Positions 1-9,332 of a DNA stretch of 64,000 nt are shown here, one piece after another. Source of the stretch: an uncultured Erysipelotrichaceae bacterium. Its GTDB lineage: Bacteria; Bacillota_I; Bacilli_A; RFN20; CAG-826. Made by a program: the position numbers and the translations under genes. The notes beneath the pieces were generated by a model. It had not been told where the DNA came from, searched no databases, and worked only from the letters and a program-made list of their open reading frames with translations. The stretch is taken from the NCBI GenBank assembly GCA_902797855.1, contig CADBUI010000027.1:42639-106638 (forward strand). Direction: 5' to 3'. Positions within the stretch are counted from its first letter, which is position 1. Each line of letters begins with the position of its first letter.

Positions 1-1
1 C

Positions 2-304
2 GAAGAGGCAGTTAACAAAGCTAAAAAGGAGGACAAACTCCTTTTAGAAGTTCCATTACTATTCGAATCTCATCTTGATGATTTAACTGACTTTACAATC
101 TACATTAATGTTGATAAGAAAAATCAACTTAAACACCTATCATATAGAGGCGATGATATTATTAAAATGCTCAAGATTAATAAATCTTTTGACACGAAAA
201 ACAATATGAAAAAAGCTACATACGTTATTGATAATAACTCTGATGTAGCCTATTTGAATAATGAGTTAGATAAGATTATTTCCGATAAAGTGAGACTCCA
301 CTGA
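2..304 (+). CDS. coaE: dephospho-CoA kinase, C-terminal fragment (5' end lies outside the window)
   Basis: Frame-2 translation ...LLFESHLDDLTDFTIYINVDKKNQLKHL...NNELDKIISDKVRLH* resembles a CoaE C-terminus and ends at TGA 302-304. It has no in-window start, so it is absent from the ORF track. Confidence 0.5.
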   Translation, partial: EEAVNKAKKEDKLLLEVPLLFESHLDDLTDFTIYINVDKKNQLKHLSYRGDDIIKMLKINKSFDTKNNMKKATYVIDNNSDVAYLNNELDKIISDKVRLH

Positions 305-1184
305 TATCGAATTCTTTAATACACATTTCTTTAAGTAATCTTGCAAGTTGTTTACCACGTATTTCACCAGAGGCAGCTCCGATGGAATACATTTTTTGTA
401 TTTCAGAGATTGTAAATTCACTTGTGAAGAATGTTAGTAAATTATGATGCTCTCTTTCAGAAAGAAGAGGAATCATAATCGTGTCTCTAATATATTCATT
501 CTTATATTCTTCACCGAAATCATCAAACATTAAAAGTGGAACGTTTGATAAAGCGAGGAGCCTACGAGCGAACTCTTCTTTATCTTTATAAGATAAATCA
601 ACGAGTTCTTTAATTCTACTAGGTGTGTTAATGATCGCAACTTGACCCATACCTGCACCAACAAAATCATTCGCGAAAGTAACCATCATAAATGATTTAC
701 CTACTTTGTGATTTCCCATTACATATAACCAACGGGAAGATTCACCTTTAATAATCTTTACAAATTCTTTAATAACTGGTCTTCTATTCTCGCTTTTATC
801 CATCGTTTTTGTTGATGAATATTTCCATTCTTCAGGAAAATCAGCATATAAATAATGGTTATCAAGTTTAATCTTTTCAACAATTTTATCACATGGTTCA
901 TATGAGCTTGTGAGATACGCGCCATCTTTAATTAAAACCATTTGGAGGTGAGGAATGGATTTTTCACATTTATCTATTCCAGGACAATTCTTACAATAAT
1001 GAAAATCGTTCTTATAGTCTGTTAGACGCGCGATATTATCGCGAACTTCTTTATTAGTTAGACCAAGTCTTTTGATTCTTTCATATATTTCCATATCGTT
1101 ACGAAGTTCATTAACGAGTTGACTGATATATTCTTTCATATCAACATCGTTAGTAACAAACGCCTGTGGATTTAGTCTTTCCAT
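276..1184 (-). CDS. dnaI: primosomal protein DnaI (helicase loader, AAA+)
   Basis: N-terminal Cys-rich zinc module (CKNCPGIDKC). The Walker A region LYVMGNHKVGKSFMMVTFANDF aligns with B. subtilis DnaI (LYLYGKFGVGKTF). The gene lies directly downstream of the dnaB-like gene. Confidence 0.85.
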   Translation of the reverse strand: MERLNPQAFVTNDVDMKEYISQLVNELRNDMEIYERIKRLGLTNKEVRDNIARLTDYKNDFHYCKNCPGIDKCEKSIPHLQMVLIKDGAYLTSSYEPCDKIVEKIKLDNHYLYADFPEEWKYSSTKTMDKSENRRPVIKEFVKIIKGESSRWLYVMGNHKVGKSFMMVTFANDFVGAGMGQVAIINTPSRIKELVDLSYKDKEEFARRLLALSNVPLLMFDDFGEEYKNEYIRDTIMIPLLSEREHHNLLTFFTSEFTISEIQKMYSIGAASGEIRGKQLARLLKEMCIKEFDISGVSLYRK

Positions 1185-2506
1185 TATTTTTTACCTCCTT
1201 TTTTCTTAGTTTCGATGATATTTAGCATATTCTCTAATTCATCATCACTTATCGACTCAACTGGCTCTTTTTTAGTTTCTACTGTAGTAGTCTCTTCCAC
1301 TACTTCTTCTTTTTTCTTACTTCGACTTCCTCTTTTAGATGAATTTGATGTTAGATAATTCATCGCATCTAAAGCGGTTTCTATTTCTTCACGTGCAAGT
1401 GAAGCTGAGACACTATCCGCGAAGTCTTTATTTAAGACGTTATTACATTTTTCAAGTGTGTAATCGACAACAACATTAATAACTCCAAATGGGAAATTAT
1501 ATTTCTTAGAAATAAAGTCGATTGTTCTAAGATCTCCTCCAGAAGGTTTAGAACCATTTTGAAGTAGTTCAAGATAATCCGCTGTTGGAAGTCTTTCCAT
1601 AATCTTAATCTTCTTAGATAAATCACTATTAGAAGAAAGAGATGATGTTTTAACGATATGGCGTTTTCTAGTTGATAATGTCGGCATCTTAATCTTGTTA
1701 CGACAATTCTCAGCAAGTTCAGAATAATCTAGATGTGGGTTTTCATATGGACGATAGACATCACTTACAATAAACGCCATCGCGCTTTCATCCATTCCAT
1801 ATAAGGCTGCGATTCTTTCAATTTCTTTCATATCTTTCTTTAGAAAGACACTTCTTTTGATTTGTGAATTCTCTTCAATATAACCAAAAAATTTCTCATA
1901 ATCGAAACCAAATTTAATCGGGCTTGTTTTATGTCCAAGCATCGCGCCAGTGAATTCTTTCACAAATGAAGGATCGTTATAATCAAGCGAGAAGACATCC
2001 ACAAATGAGGTTGTAATGTCTTTATATGATTCAGCGATTGATAAATCAATCGTGTATGCACTCGCTAAACGTTGGGCTTCCTTTTCACCAACAGATTGGA
2101 TAAGTAATCCTTTGAAAAGAACATCGTTAAAGAAATCTTTAGGAGTCTTAGGAGCGTATAGCACAAAGATGTATGATCTATTTTCTCCTTCGTCTTTTTC
2201 ATATGTCTTAAGTAGCCCTACTCCTTCAAGGAAATGACGGGCTGCTAAAAGTTGACCAGGAGCGACTTGCATGATGATTAAAAGTGTCTCCATAGAGTAA
2301 ACAGTTTCTTCATCTTCATTTCGTTTTTGCTTCACTAAATTTAGATAAAGAATAGTCGCTAGTGAACCAATAAGAGGTTGATAAAGCTCAATGACGACAT
2401 CCTTGTCGACATTGCTAAGTAAGCTAGCGAGTCTTATTTCGTAGAAATCTTTTGATGAAACATATTCAACCATACTTGCAAAAATACTAGCATTTCTAGA
2501 GGCCAA
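1184..2506 (-). CDS. dnaB: replication initiation / membrane attachment protein DnaB (DnaD-like, not the helicase)
   Basis: 440 aa with a Ser/Lys-rich linker. It sits immediately upstream of dnaI, matching the Bacillus dnaB-dnaI operon order. Confidence 0.7.
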   Translation of the reverse strand: MASRNASIFASMVEYVSSKDFYEIRLASLLSNVDKDVVIELYQPLIGSLATILYLNLVKQKRNEDEETVYSMETLLIIMQVAPGQLLAARHFLEGVGLLKTYEKDEGENRSYIFVLYAPKTPKDFFNDVLFKGLLIQSVGEKEAQRLASAYTIDLSIAESYKDITTSFVDVFSLDYNDPSFVKEFTGAMLGHKTSPIKFGFDYEKFFGYIEENSQIKRSVFLKKDMKEIERIAALYGMDESAMAFIVSDVYRPYENPHLDYSELAENCRNKIKMPTLSTRKRHIVKTSSLSSNSDLSKKIKIMERLPTADYLELLQNGSKPSGGDLRTIDFISKKYNFPFGVINVVVDYTLEKCNNVLNKDFADSVSASLAREEIETALDAMNYLTSNSSKRGSRSKKKEEVVEETTTVETKKEPVESISDDELENMLNIIETKKKGGKK

Positions 2507-2539
2507 AATCTATAAAAAGTTTCGATGCTATCGGCGGTT

Positions 2540-2650
2540 TTTTCCACTATTGTGACTAGTTATCCACAATCAAAGACTTAAGTTGTCTCGACAAAATCAA
2601 GATTTTTTATATTTGCTCAAAAGTTATCCACCGGAAATCCACTATAAAAA
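2540..2650. promoter_or_regulatory. cluster of DnaA-box-like 9-mers in the divergent dnaB / pfkA intergenic region
   Basis: TTATCCACA (perfect) at 2560-2568 and TTATCCACc at 2624-2632. Weaker sites are ttTTCCACt (~2541) and aATCCACt (~2637). All four are in the same orientation, upstream of the dnaB start. Confidence 0.45.
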
Positions 2651-2701
2651 TTTTTCTTATTTTTCTTAAAAAAATATATAATAACTACGAGGACTTAATA
2701 T

Positions 2702-3667
2702 ATGGTTAAAAAAGTTGCAGTCTTAACTTCTGGTGGCGACGCGCCTGGAATGAATGCTTGTGTCCGCGCAGTTGTGCGTTCTGGACTCAAGAATGGATTA
2801 GATATGTTTGTGGTCTACGAAGGATATCGTGGACTAGTTGAAGATAACATCGTTCAAGTCGATCGTAACTTTGTTAGTGACACGATTAATAGAGGTGGCA
2901 CTATTCTTCATAGTGCACGTCTTCCTGAATTTAAAGAAGAAAGCGTTAGAAAAATCGCTGTTGAGAATTTAAAGAAACGTGGAATTGATGGCTTAGTTGT
3001 TATTGGTGGAGATGGAACATATCTAGGCGCTAAAAAGCTCACTGAAATGGGAGTGAAAACTGTTGGTCTACCTGGCACAATCGATAACGACATCGCTTCG
3101 ACCGATGAAACTATCGGTTTTGATACATGTTTAAATACAATCTGTGAATGTGTCGATAAGATTAGAGACACCACTACTTCTCACCAAAGATGTACATTCA
3201 TTGAAGTTATGGGAAATAGATGCGGAGACCTCGCACTTTATAGTGGAATTGCTGAAGGTGTTGAAATGATTTTAACTCCTGATCATCCACTACCATTTGA
3301 AGAGATTACCTCAACCTTAAAAAGACTAAGAAATGGAAAGAAAAAACACTCTCTTGTTGTAGTCAGTGAAAAACTATATCCTAACATCCATGATTTCGCT
3401 AAAGAAGTCAGCAAAGCAACAGGCATTGAATGCCGTGCTGAAGTACTTGGTCACCTCCAAAGAGGTGGTTCTCCTTCTGCAAGAGATAGAATCCTCGCAA
3501 CTCAATATGGCGTTCACGCTATTGAAGCTCTTCTAGATGGAGAATCTGGAATATGCATTGGATTAGTCAATAATAGATTTGTTAGATACGATATTTATGA
3601 AGCTCTTAATCTACCAAGAGATAAGCATATTGAACTTCTTAAGATTATTAGTTTAGTTAATAGATAA
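2702..3667 (+). CDS. pfkA: ATP-dependent 6-phosphofructokinase
   Basis: MVKKVAVLTSGGDAPGMNA... and GGDGT signature; 321 aa, typical PfkA. Confidence 0.9.
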   Translation: MVKKVAVLTSGGDAPGMNACVRAVVRSGLKNGLDMFVVYEGYRGLVEDNIVQVDRNFVSDTINRGGTILHSARLPEFKEESVRKIAVENLKKRGIDGLVVIGGDGTYLGAKKLTEMGVKTVGLPGTIDNDIASTDETIGFDTCLNTICECVDKIRDTTTSHQRCTFIEVMGNRCGDLALYSGIAEGVEMILTPDHPLPFEEITSTLKRLRNGKKKHSLVVVSEKLYPNIHDFAKEVSKATGIECRAEVLGHLQRGGSPSARDRILATQYGVHAIEALLDGESGICIGLVNNRFVRYDIYEALNLPRDKHIELLKIISLVNR

Positions 3668-3669
3668 TT

Positions 3670-4521
3670 ATGAAAAAAGTTCTCTCATTTGATATTGGTG
3701 GTACAAATACTCGTTTAGCGCTTGTTAACGAGAATTTTGAGATTGAAAAAGAACTTGTTTATCCAACTGTTCGTGATTCGAAAGAAGCCTTCCTTGCTAA
3801 TATCAAAAAAATTATTTGTGATTTAGATATCAATATGGATGAAGTATCTGCGATAGGCGCGGGTGTTCCAGGAGTAGTCAATCGAGAAACTGGATATATC
3901 TATGATTTACCAAACGTTCATATCAAAGACATTCCATTCGGTGATTTCATCAAAGATGAATTTAATAAGAAAGTATATCTTAGAAATGATGCTGAAGTTG
4001 CTTGCTTAGCGGAAGCCTCAGTAGGCACACATAAAAAATATTCACGTGTCTTCTTTATCACTATTTCTACAGGTCTAGGTGGCGCACTTGTCGTAGACGG
4101 AGTTAATCAAGACTACATCACTGAGATCGGACATACCGCCTATAAATATCAAGGCAAGATGATGGAATATGAAGGCCTCGCGAGTGGAACTGGACTAGTG
4201 AAATTATGTGAACTCAATGGGCTTAAAGTTAACTCATCTCGCGAATTCTTTAACCTTGTTTCATCTGAAGATGAAAAAGCGCTTTATGTATATAAACAAT
4301 GGCTATCTATTCTTTCTGATTTTATATCGATGATTGAAGATAGTTATTCTCCAGATGTCATCTGCGTGACGGGTGGAGTAATGAAGGCTAAAGATATATT
4401 CTTTAAAGATTTATGCGATTTAAATCCACTAAGTAACATTGTGGTTTGTTATCATAGTGAACACGCTGGAATTATTGGCGCAGCTGTTTACGCATTCAAG
4501 ATGCTTGATTTTCATAAATAA
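3670..4521 (+). CDS. ROK-family sugar kinase (glucokinase-like)
   Basis: N-terminal FDIGGTNTRLALV and ROK core DAEVACLAEASVGTHKKYSRVFFITISTGLGGALVVDG. Starts 3 nt after the pfkA stop. Confidence 0.7.
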   Translation: MKKVLSFDIGGTNTRLALVNENFEIEKELVYPTVRDSKEAFLANIKKIICDLDINMDEVSAIGAGVPGVVNRETGYIYDLPNVHIKDIPFGDFIKDEFNKKVYLRNDAEVACLAEASVGTHKKYSRVFFITISTGLGGALVVDGVNQDYITEIGHTAYKYQGKMMEYEGLASGTGLVKLCELNGLKVNSSREFFNLVSSEDEKALYVYKQWLSILSDFISMIEDSYSPDVICVTGGVMKAKDIFFKDLCDLNPLSNIVVCYHSEHAGIIGAAVYAFKMLDFHK

Positions 4522-4539
4522 GAAATATATATTATTTGT

Positions 4540-4760
4540 AGCGTTGATGAAGACACGCTTAATATCTCCTCTTAGTAGAGATAAGGATGGTTGGTGAAAA
4601 TCCTGATAAGAGAATATTAAGTACCACTTCGGAGCATTTAGGGAAATAACCTAAACGTCACTCGCGTTAAGAGATAATTAAGAGCATACCAGTTTGGTAT
4701 GAATTAAGGTGGTACCGCGTTAATATAGCGTCCTTATGTGGGACGCTTTTAATTTATTTA
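4540..4760 (+). promoter_or_regulatory. T-box riboswitch leader (Thr specifier) with intrinsic terminator, upstream of thrS
   Basis: Conserved T-box AATTAAGGTGGTACCGCG at 4702-4719, an AGAGA box, and a candidate specifier ACC-A (gtACCAct). Terminator hairpin AGCGTCC-ttatgtg-GGACGCT plus TTTT at 4728-4755. A possible promoter TTGATT-17-TATATT lies at ~4505-4533. Confidence 0.75.
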
Positions 4761-4772
4761 GGAGGTAAAATT

Positions 4773-6509
4773 ATGGCACTAGATAAAGATACCCTCAATC
4801 ACTCAACTTCTCACTTAATGGCTGAAGCCATTATGAACCTTTACCCAGGAGCACATCTTGGTTTTGGTCCATCTATTGAAGAAGGATTTTACTATGATGT
4901 TGATTTCCCTACTCCAATCACAGAAGCTGATCTACCTAAGATTGAAAATGAGATGAGGAGAATTGCGAAAAGAAACGCAAAATTTGAAAGAGTTGAAGTT
5001 TCTAAAGATGAAGCTCTTAAGTTATTTAAAGATAATCCATATAAACTTGAACTTATCAAAGATTTAGATGATGGAACAATCACTATTTATAAACAAGGTG
5101 AATTCTTTGATTTATGTCGTGGACCTCATATTGAAAGAACTGGATTAATTAAAAACTTCAAACTTCTTTCAATTGCAGGAGCCTATTGGAGAGGTAATTC
5201 CAAAAACAAACAACTTCAAAGAATCTACGGAACTTCTTTTGAATCAAAAGAAGAACTTGATGAACACCTTCGTATTTTAGAAGAAAGAAAGAGAAGAGAT
5301 CATCGTATTTTAGGAAAACAACTTGGTTTATTTATGCTTTCTGATTATGGTCCAGGACTTCCATTCTGGCTTCCAAATGGAATGATTGTTAGAAACGCGA
5401 TTGAAGACATGTGGAAAGAAGTCCATGCGAGATATGGTTATCTACAAGTTGATACCCCAATTATGCTTTCTAAAGAGCTTTGGGAGACCAGCGGTCACTG
5501 GGATCACTATAAAGATAATATGTATATCACCATGGTTGATGATGATGAATTTGCGATTAAGCCAATGAACTGCCCAGGCGCAATTCTTTGCTATAAGAAT
5601 GATTTACATTCATATCGTGAACTTCCACTTCGCTACGCAGAACTTGGTCACGTCCATAGACATGAAGCCAGCGGAGCGCTCAATGGACTATTTAGAGTTA
5701 GATCATTTACTCAAGATGATGCTCATACATTTGTTAGACCAGACCAAATCGGTGAAGAAATTAAATCAATTATTAAACTTTATGATGAAATCTATTCCTT
5801 ATTTGGACTAAATTACAAAATTGAATTATCCACTCGTCCAGAAGAAGGTTATATCGGAGATATAAAAATCTGGGATGAATCCGAAAGAATCTTAGAAGAA
5901 GTCTGCCGTGCGACTGGAAAAGATTTCAAGATTAATCCAGGCGATGGAGCATTCTATGGCCCAAAACTCGACTTCAAAGTTAGAGACTCAATGAACCGTA
6001 TTTGGCAATGTGGCACCATTCAACTTGATATGAATCTTCCAGAAAGATTTGATGTCACCTACATTAATGAAAAAGGTGAAAAAGCTCGTCCAGTTATGAT
6101 TCATAGAGCATGCTTTGGTAGTATTGAAAGATTCGTTGGAGTTATCACTGAACACTTCGCAGGTGCTTTCCCACTTTGGATTGCTCCTGAACAAGTTCAC
6201 GTTCTTCCAGTCAATAACGAATTCCATTTAGAATACGCTAAAGAAGTTAATGACTTACTTAGAAATAATGGCATTCGTTCTCATTTAGTGGACGCAAGCG
6301 AAAAGCTTGGCTACCGTATGAGAAACGCTCAAGTTAAGAAAGTTCCATATACTGTCGTTATCGGTGATAACGAAAAAGGCGGACATTCTGTTACTTATCG
6401 TCACTTTGGTAGTAAAAACCAAATCACAATTCCTCTTGATGAATTTGTAAATAAATTAAAAGAAGAAATCTCATCAAGATCCCTTCCTATAATCGAGGAA
6501 GATAAATAG
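4773..6509 (+). CDS. thrS: threonyl-tRNA synthetase (N-terminal TGS domain absent; editing domain present)
   Basis: 578 aa. It begins within the N2 editing domain (HSTSHLMAEAI HxxxH motif) and carries class II catalytic and anticodon-binding regions. RBS is AGGAGG. Confidence 0.9.
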   Translation: MALDKDTLNHSTSHLMAEAIMNLYPGAHLGFGPSIEEGFYYDVDFPTPITEADLPKIENEMRRIAKRNAKFERVEVSKDEALKLFKDNPYKLELIKDLDDGTITIYKQGEFFDLCRGPHIERTGLIKNFKLLSIAGAYWRGNSKNKQLQRIYGTSFESKEELDEHLRILEERKRRDHRILGKQLGLFMLSDYGPGLPFWLPNGMIVRNAIEDMWKEVHARYGYLQVDTPIMLSKELWETSGHWDHYKDNMYITMVDDDEFAIKPMNCPGAILCYKNDLHSYRELPLRYAELGHVHRHEASGALNGLFRVRSFTQDDAHTFVRPDQIGEEIKSIIKLYDEIYSLFGLNYKIELSTRPEEGYIGDIKIWDESERILEEVCRATGKDFKINPGDGAFYGPKLDFKVRDSMNRIWQCGTIQLDMNLPERFDVTYINEKGEKARPVMIHRACFGSIERFVGVITEHFAGAFPLWIAPEQVHVLPVNNEFHLEYAKEVNDLLRNNGIRSHLVDASEKLGYRMRNAQVKKVPYTVVIGDNEKGGHSVTYRHFGSKNQITIPLDEFVNKLKEEISSRSLPIIEEDK

Positions 6510-6573
6510 ACAATATGACTATTTAGGCGCCCTTGCACCTATTTAGAAAGTGATTTACAATATTATTGGCTTT

Positions 6574-6608
6574 GGGAACTAGGTAAATCAACTAGTTCCT
6601 CTTTTTTA
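6574..6608 (+). terminator. rho-independent terminator after thrS
   Basis: GGAACTAG-gtaaatca-CTAGTTCC followed by CTTTTTTAT. Confidence 0.55.
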
Positions 6609-6609
6609 T

Positions 6610-6732
6610 CTAATCCTTACGACGAATCGTAATGATCAAGATAAACAAGATCAACAATATAGTAGCGGTCTCCACTACTAAGCCTCCCTTCATAGATGCT
6701 AAGGGCCCTAAATACGAGGGGAAACATTTCAT
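6610..6732 (-). CDS. candidate small hydrophobic peptide (40 aa)
   Basis: MKCFPSYLGPLASMKGGLVVETATILLILFILIITIRRKD, preceded by AGGAGG. The spacer is only 2 nt and the ORF was not in the track. One predicted TM helix. Confidence 0.2.
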   Translation of the reverse strand: MKCFPSYLGPLASMKGGLVVETATILLILFILIITIRRKD

Positions 6733-6802
6733 TTCCTCCTATTACTTTATTGGGGAGAAAAATTTAAAAAGTGTCCAAAATCTTAAAAATTTTTATAAAT
6801 AG

Positions 6803-6839
6803 TTGACTTATTTCATAAGGGATATATAATATCAAACGT
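6803..6839 (+). promoter_or_regulatory. sigma-A type promoter for the infC-rpmI-rplT operon
   Basis: TTGACT (6803-6808), 16-nt spacer, TATAAT. Confidence 0.5.
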
Positions 6840-6844
6840 AAAAA

Positions 6845-6960
6845 ACGTAGAAAGAAGAGCACCGTGCTTCTCACCAGACTGATGAATCGGTTGGTAAATG
6901 CTATGTAACTAATAAGTTATGAGTATTAAAACGGGTGCGCTTCGTGCCCGTTTTTAAATT
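6845..6960 (+). promoter_or_regulatory. infC operon leader with attenuator hairpin (L20-leader-like)
   Basis: ~120-nt leader ending in hairpin AAAACGGGtGCGC-ttc-GTGCCCGTTTTT (6927-6957) followed by a T-run, located ~10 nt before the infC RBS. Confidence 0.45.
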
Positions 6961-6966
6961 AAAGAG

Positions 6967-7530
6967 GTGATACTTATCAATAACTATCCGCAAAATGGAC
7001 CACGCCGTCCGCAACAAACCAATAACGACTTAGTCAATGAAAGAGTTCGTTTCCCAGAAGTTCTACTTATCGGTGCTAATGGTGAACAACTCGGAAAGAT
7101 GTCTTCTCGCGAAGCATACTATAAAGCAGTTGAACAAGATCTCGATCTTCTTTGTGTAGCCCCAAATGCAAACCCACCAGTTTGTAAGCTAGTTAACTAT
7201 TCAAAATATAAATTTGAACAGCAAAAGAAAGCTAAGGAAAACAAAAAGAAACAAAAAATTATCGAAATCAAAGAAGTTCAACTCACTCCACAAATCGGTA
7301 TCCATGACCTTGAAACCAAAGTTAAGGCAGCAAGACGCTTCCTTGAAGATGGTAACAAAGTTAAAGTCGGTGTCCGTTACCGTGGTAGACAAATGACTCA
7401 CGTTGAAGTTGGTGAGGAAGTTATGAATAAGTTCATCGATTTACTTAAAGACGTAAGCAAAATTGAAAAAGCCCCAGCAATGGATGGTAAATGGCTAAAT
7501 GCCGTCCTTGCCTCTACAGTTAAAAAATAG
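6967..7530 (+). CDS. infC: translation initiation factor IF-3 (non-AUG start: GTG 6967 or in-frame ATC 6976)
   Basis: Aligns with B. subtilis IF-3 (...[10 protein letters not shown]...[25 protein letters not shown]...). There is no in-frame ATG behind the SD GAGGTGA (6964-6970). Confidence 0.9.
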   Translation: MILINNYPQNGPRRPQQTNNDLVNERVRFPEVLLIGANGEQLGKMSSREAYYKAVEQDLDLLCVAPNANPPVCKLVNYSKYKFEQQKKAKENKKKQKIIEIKEVQLTPQIGIHDLETKVKAARRFLEDGNKVKVGVRYRGRQMTHVEVGEEVMNKFIDLLKDVSKIEKAPAMDGKWLNAVLASTVKK

Positions 7531-7543
7531 GAGGAACAACAAC

Positions 7544-7738
7544 ATGCCAAAAATGAAATCCAAAAAAGCATTCACCAAACGTGTAAAAGTTACTGGAAGT
7601 GGTCAATTCAAAAGAGCCCGCGCTTATACAAGCCATCTCGCTCCACACAAAACCACTAAACAAAAAAGACATTTAAGAAAGGCTTCACTCGTTAGTAAGA
7701 GTGATTACAAGAGAGATAAGACTCTTGTACAACAATAA
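7544..7738 (+). CDS. rpmI: 50S ribosomal protein L35
   Basis: [46 protein letters not shown]; RBS AGGAGG. The track's longer ORF (7499) is a spurious N-terminal extension. Confidence 0.9.
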   Translation: MPKMKSKKAFTKRVKVTGSGQFKRARAYTSHLAPHKTTKQKRHLRKASLVSKSDYKRDKTLVQQ

Positions 7739-7751
7739 GGAGGAATAATAA

Positions 7752-8102
7752 ATGAGAGTTAAAAATTCCGTCACTACCCATGCAAGACGCAAAAAAATCT
7801 TAAAAAGAGCTAAAGGCTATTTCGGTAGTAAACACCTCCTCTTCAAGACCGCTAAAGAACAAGTTCTTCGTTCACTTAGATATTCTTATATCGATAGAAA
7901 GAACCTCAAAAGCGATTATCGTAAACTCTGGATTAAGAGAATCAACGCTCAATGCAGATTAAATGATATCTCTTATTCAAGATTCATTAACGGTTTAAAT
8001 AAAGCAGGCGTCAAAGTTAATCGTAAGATGCTTGCCGAACTTGCAATCAACGATCCAAAAGCATTCGCCGAACTCGTTAAAGTTGCAAAGAAAGCTAAAT
8101 AA
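7752..8102 (+). CDS. rplT: 50S ribosomal protein L20
   Basis: [38 protein letters not shown]...; RBS AGGAGG. Confidence 0.9.
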   Translation: MRVKNSVTTHARRKKILKRAKGYFGSKHLLFKTAKEQVLRSLRYSYIDRKNLKSDYRKLWIKRINAQCRLNDISYSRFINGLNKAGVKVNRKMLAELAINDPKAFAELVKVAKKAK

Positions 8103-8126
8103 TTACAAAGTAATTAAAAGAATAAA

Positions 8127-8153
8127 ATCTCAACGCGATGTTGAGATTTTTTC
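8127..8153. terminator. bidirectional terminator between rplT (+) and thiI (-)
   Basis: ATCTCAAC-gcgat-GTTGAGAT followed by TTTTTT, with an A-run on the other side. Confidence 0.6.
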
Positions 8154-9332
8154 TTATAATAATTTATCTTCGTCTTTTTTAACGTAAATTACTTCAGCGT
8201 TAGCTAGTGCTTCATTAATCATTGTTTGATAATCAAACTTATTTTCATATTCTAAGCACTTATTTAATGAAGGCTTTGTCTTTGGATTTTTTGGAGAAAA
8301 GATAGTGCAGCAATCTTCGTATGGACGGATGGAGATTTCATAGGCTCCAATTTTTCTAGAAAGCTTAATAATCTCTTCTTTGTCACTTGTGACAAGTGGA
8401 CGAAGGACCACTGCATTTGTGACATCATTTATAACACTTAGTGAGTCAAGTGTTTGAGATGCGACTTGCCCAACACTTTCTCCACTTGAGATAGCTAGGC
8501 ATCCTCTTTTCTTCATTAACGCACTCGCAAGGCGGTACATCATTCTACGCATGAGTGTTATCACGTAAGATTCATCACTTACTTCATAGATTTTTTCTTG
8601 AAGCTTAGTAAATGGAATAATTGTTAATCTAATTGAATCTTGATATTTATTTAAAACACTTAACAAATCTTTAAGTTTTTCAATTACACCAATATTGGTG
8701 TAAGGAGGAGAGGCAAAGTGGATACATTCAATCTTAATGCCTCTTTTCATAAGTAGATAAGCCGCGACTGGAGAATCAATTCCACCACTAAGCATATGCA
8801 TTACTTTTCCGCCTACTCCAAGAGGATAACCTCCACATGCCGGATATGTATGAGTGAATATATATGCTCCTTCGTCACGAATCTCAATACTCACTAAAAT
8901 ATCAGGATTATGAACATCAACTTTAAGTGATGTATTCTTTAATATTTCAGTCGCAATAATTCGATTAATCTCATCAGAAATAATTGGATAAGATTTATCT
9001 GCTCTTTTAGTTTTAACTTTGAAGGTTTTACCTTCTTCGGCTTCAACCATTTCTAAGGCAACTTTTTTAAGATTTTCGATATCTGTATCAGTTTTTATCA
9101 CAAGTGATAAAGAATGGATACCGCTGACATCTTGAAGAGTTTCAATAACTGGTTTTGGATCGGTGTTATTAAGTTTTACATAGATGTGGTCATATCTAAC
9201 ATCAAATGAAAGATCTTTATATTCATCTAAAGCATTTTTGATATTTCTTGCTAGGACACGAATAAAGTCTTTTTTATTTTTTCCTTTGGTGGAAAGTTCA
9301 CCAAATCTAACCATGATATGATCAAAAATCAT
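8154..9332 (-). CDS. thiI: tRNA 4-thiouridine synthase ThiI
   Basis: THUMP N-terminal domain plus PP-loop SGGIDSPVAAYLLMKRG. Confidence 0.9.
   Translation of the reverse strand: MIFDHIMVRFGELSTKGKNKKDFIRVLARNIKNALDEYKDLSFDVRYDHIYVKLNNTDPKPVIETLQDVSGIHSLSLVIKTDTDIENLKKVALEMVEAEEGKTFKVKTKRADKSYPIISDEINRIIATEILKNTSLKVDVHNPDILVSIEIRDEGAYIFTHTYPACGGYPLGVGGKVMHMLSGGIDSPVAAYLLMKRGIKIECIHFASPPYTNIGVIEKLKDLLSVLNKYQDSIRLTIIPFTKLQEKIYEVSDESYVITLMRRMMYRLASALMKKRGCLAISSGESVGQVASQTLDSLSVINDVTNAVVLRPLVTSDKEEIIKLSRKIGAYEISIRPYEDCCTIFSPKNPKTKPSLNKCLEYENKFDYQTMINEALANAEVIYVKKDEDKLL

Noticed and set aside
1432-1716. 94-aa ORF antisense to dnaB. Similar short antisense or alternate-frame ORFs occur at 2016-2237, 2908-3174, 4892-5083, 5386-5811, 5988-6227, 7201-7401, 9921-10133, 10755-11391, 12037-12246, 12817-13233, 14060-14371, 15322-15970, 16511-17000, 18204-18419, 20146-20394, 20660-20902, 24178-24474, 24909-25169, 25460-25786, 26023-26301, 29155-29379, 33274-33489, 35742-35945, 36440-36875, 38767-38967, 39126-39449, 39830-40184, 40216-40428, 40788-41036, 41332-41815, 45934-46212, 48741-48941, 49111-49954, 51001-51204, 51869-52111, 52311-52532, 54374-54559, 55962-56159, 56844-57087, 57229-57414, 58808-59035, 60176-60820, 61582-61869 and 63442-63834.
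   Set aside because: All lie inside, or in alternate frames of, well-supported genes. They are AT-rich shadow ORFs with low-complexity translations and no RBS.
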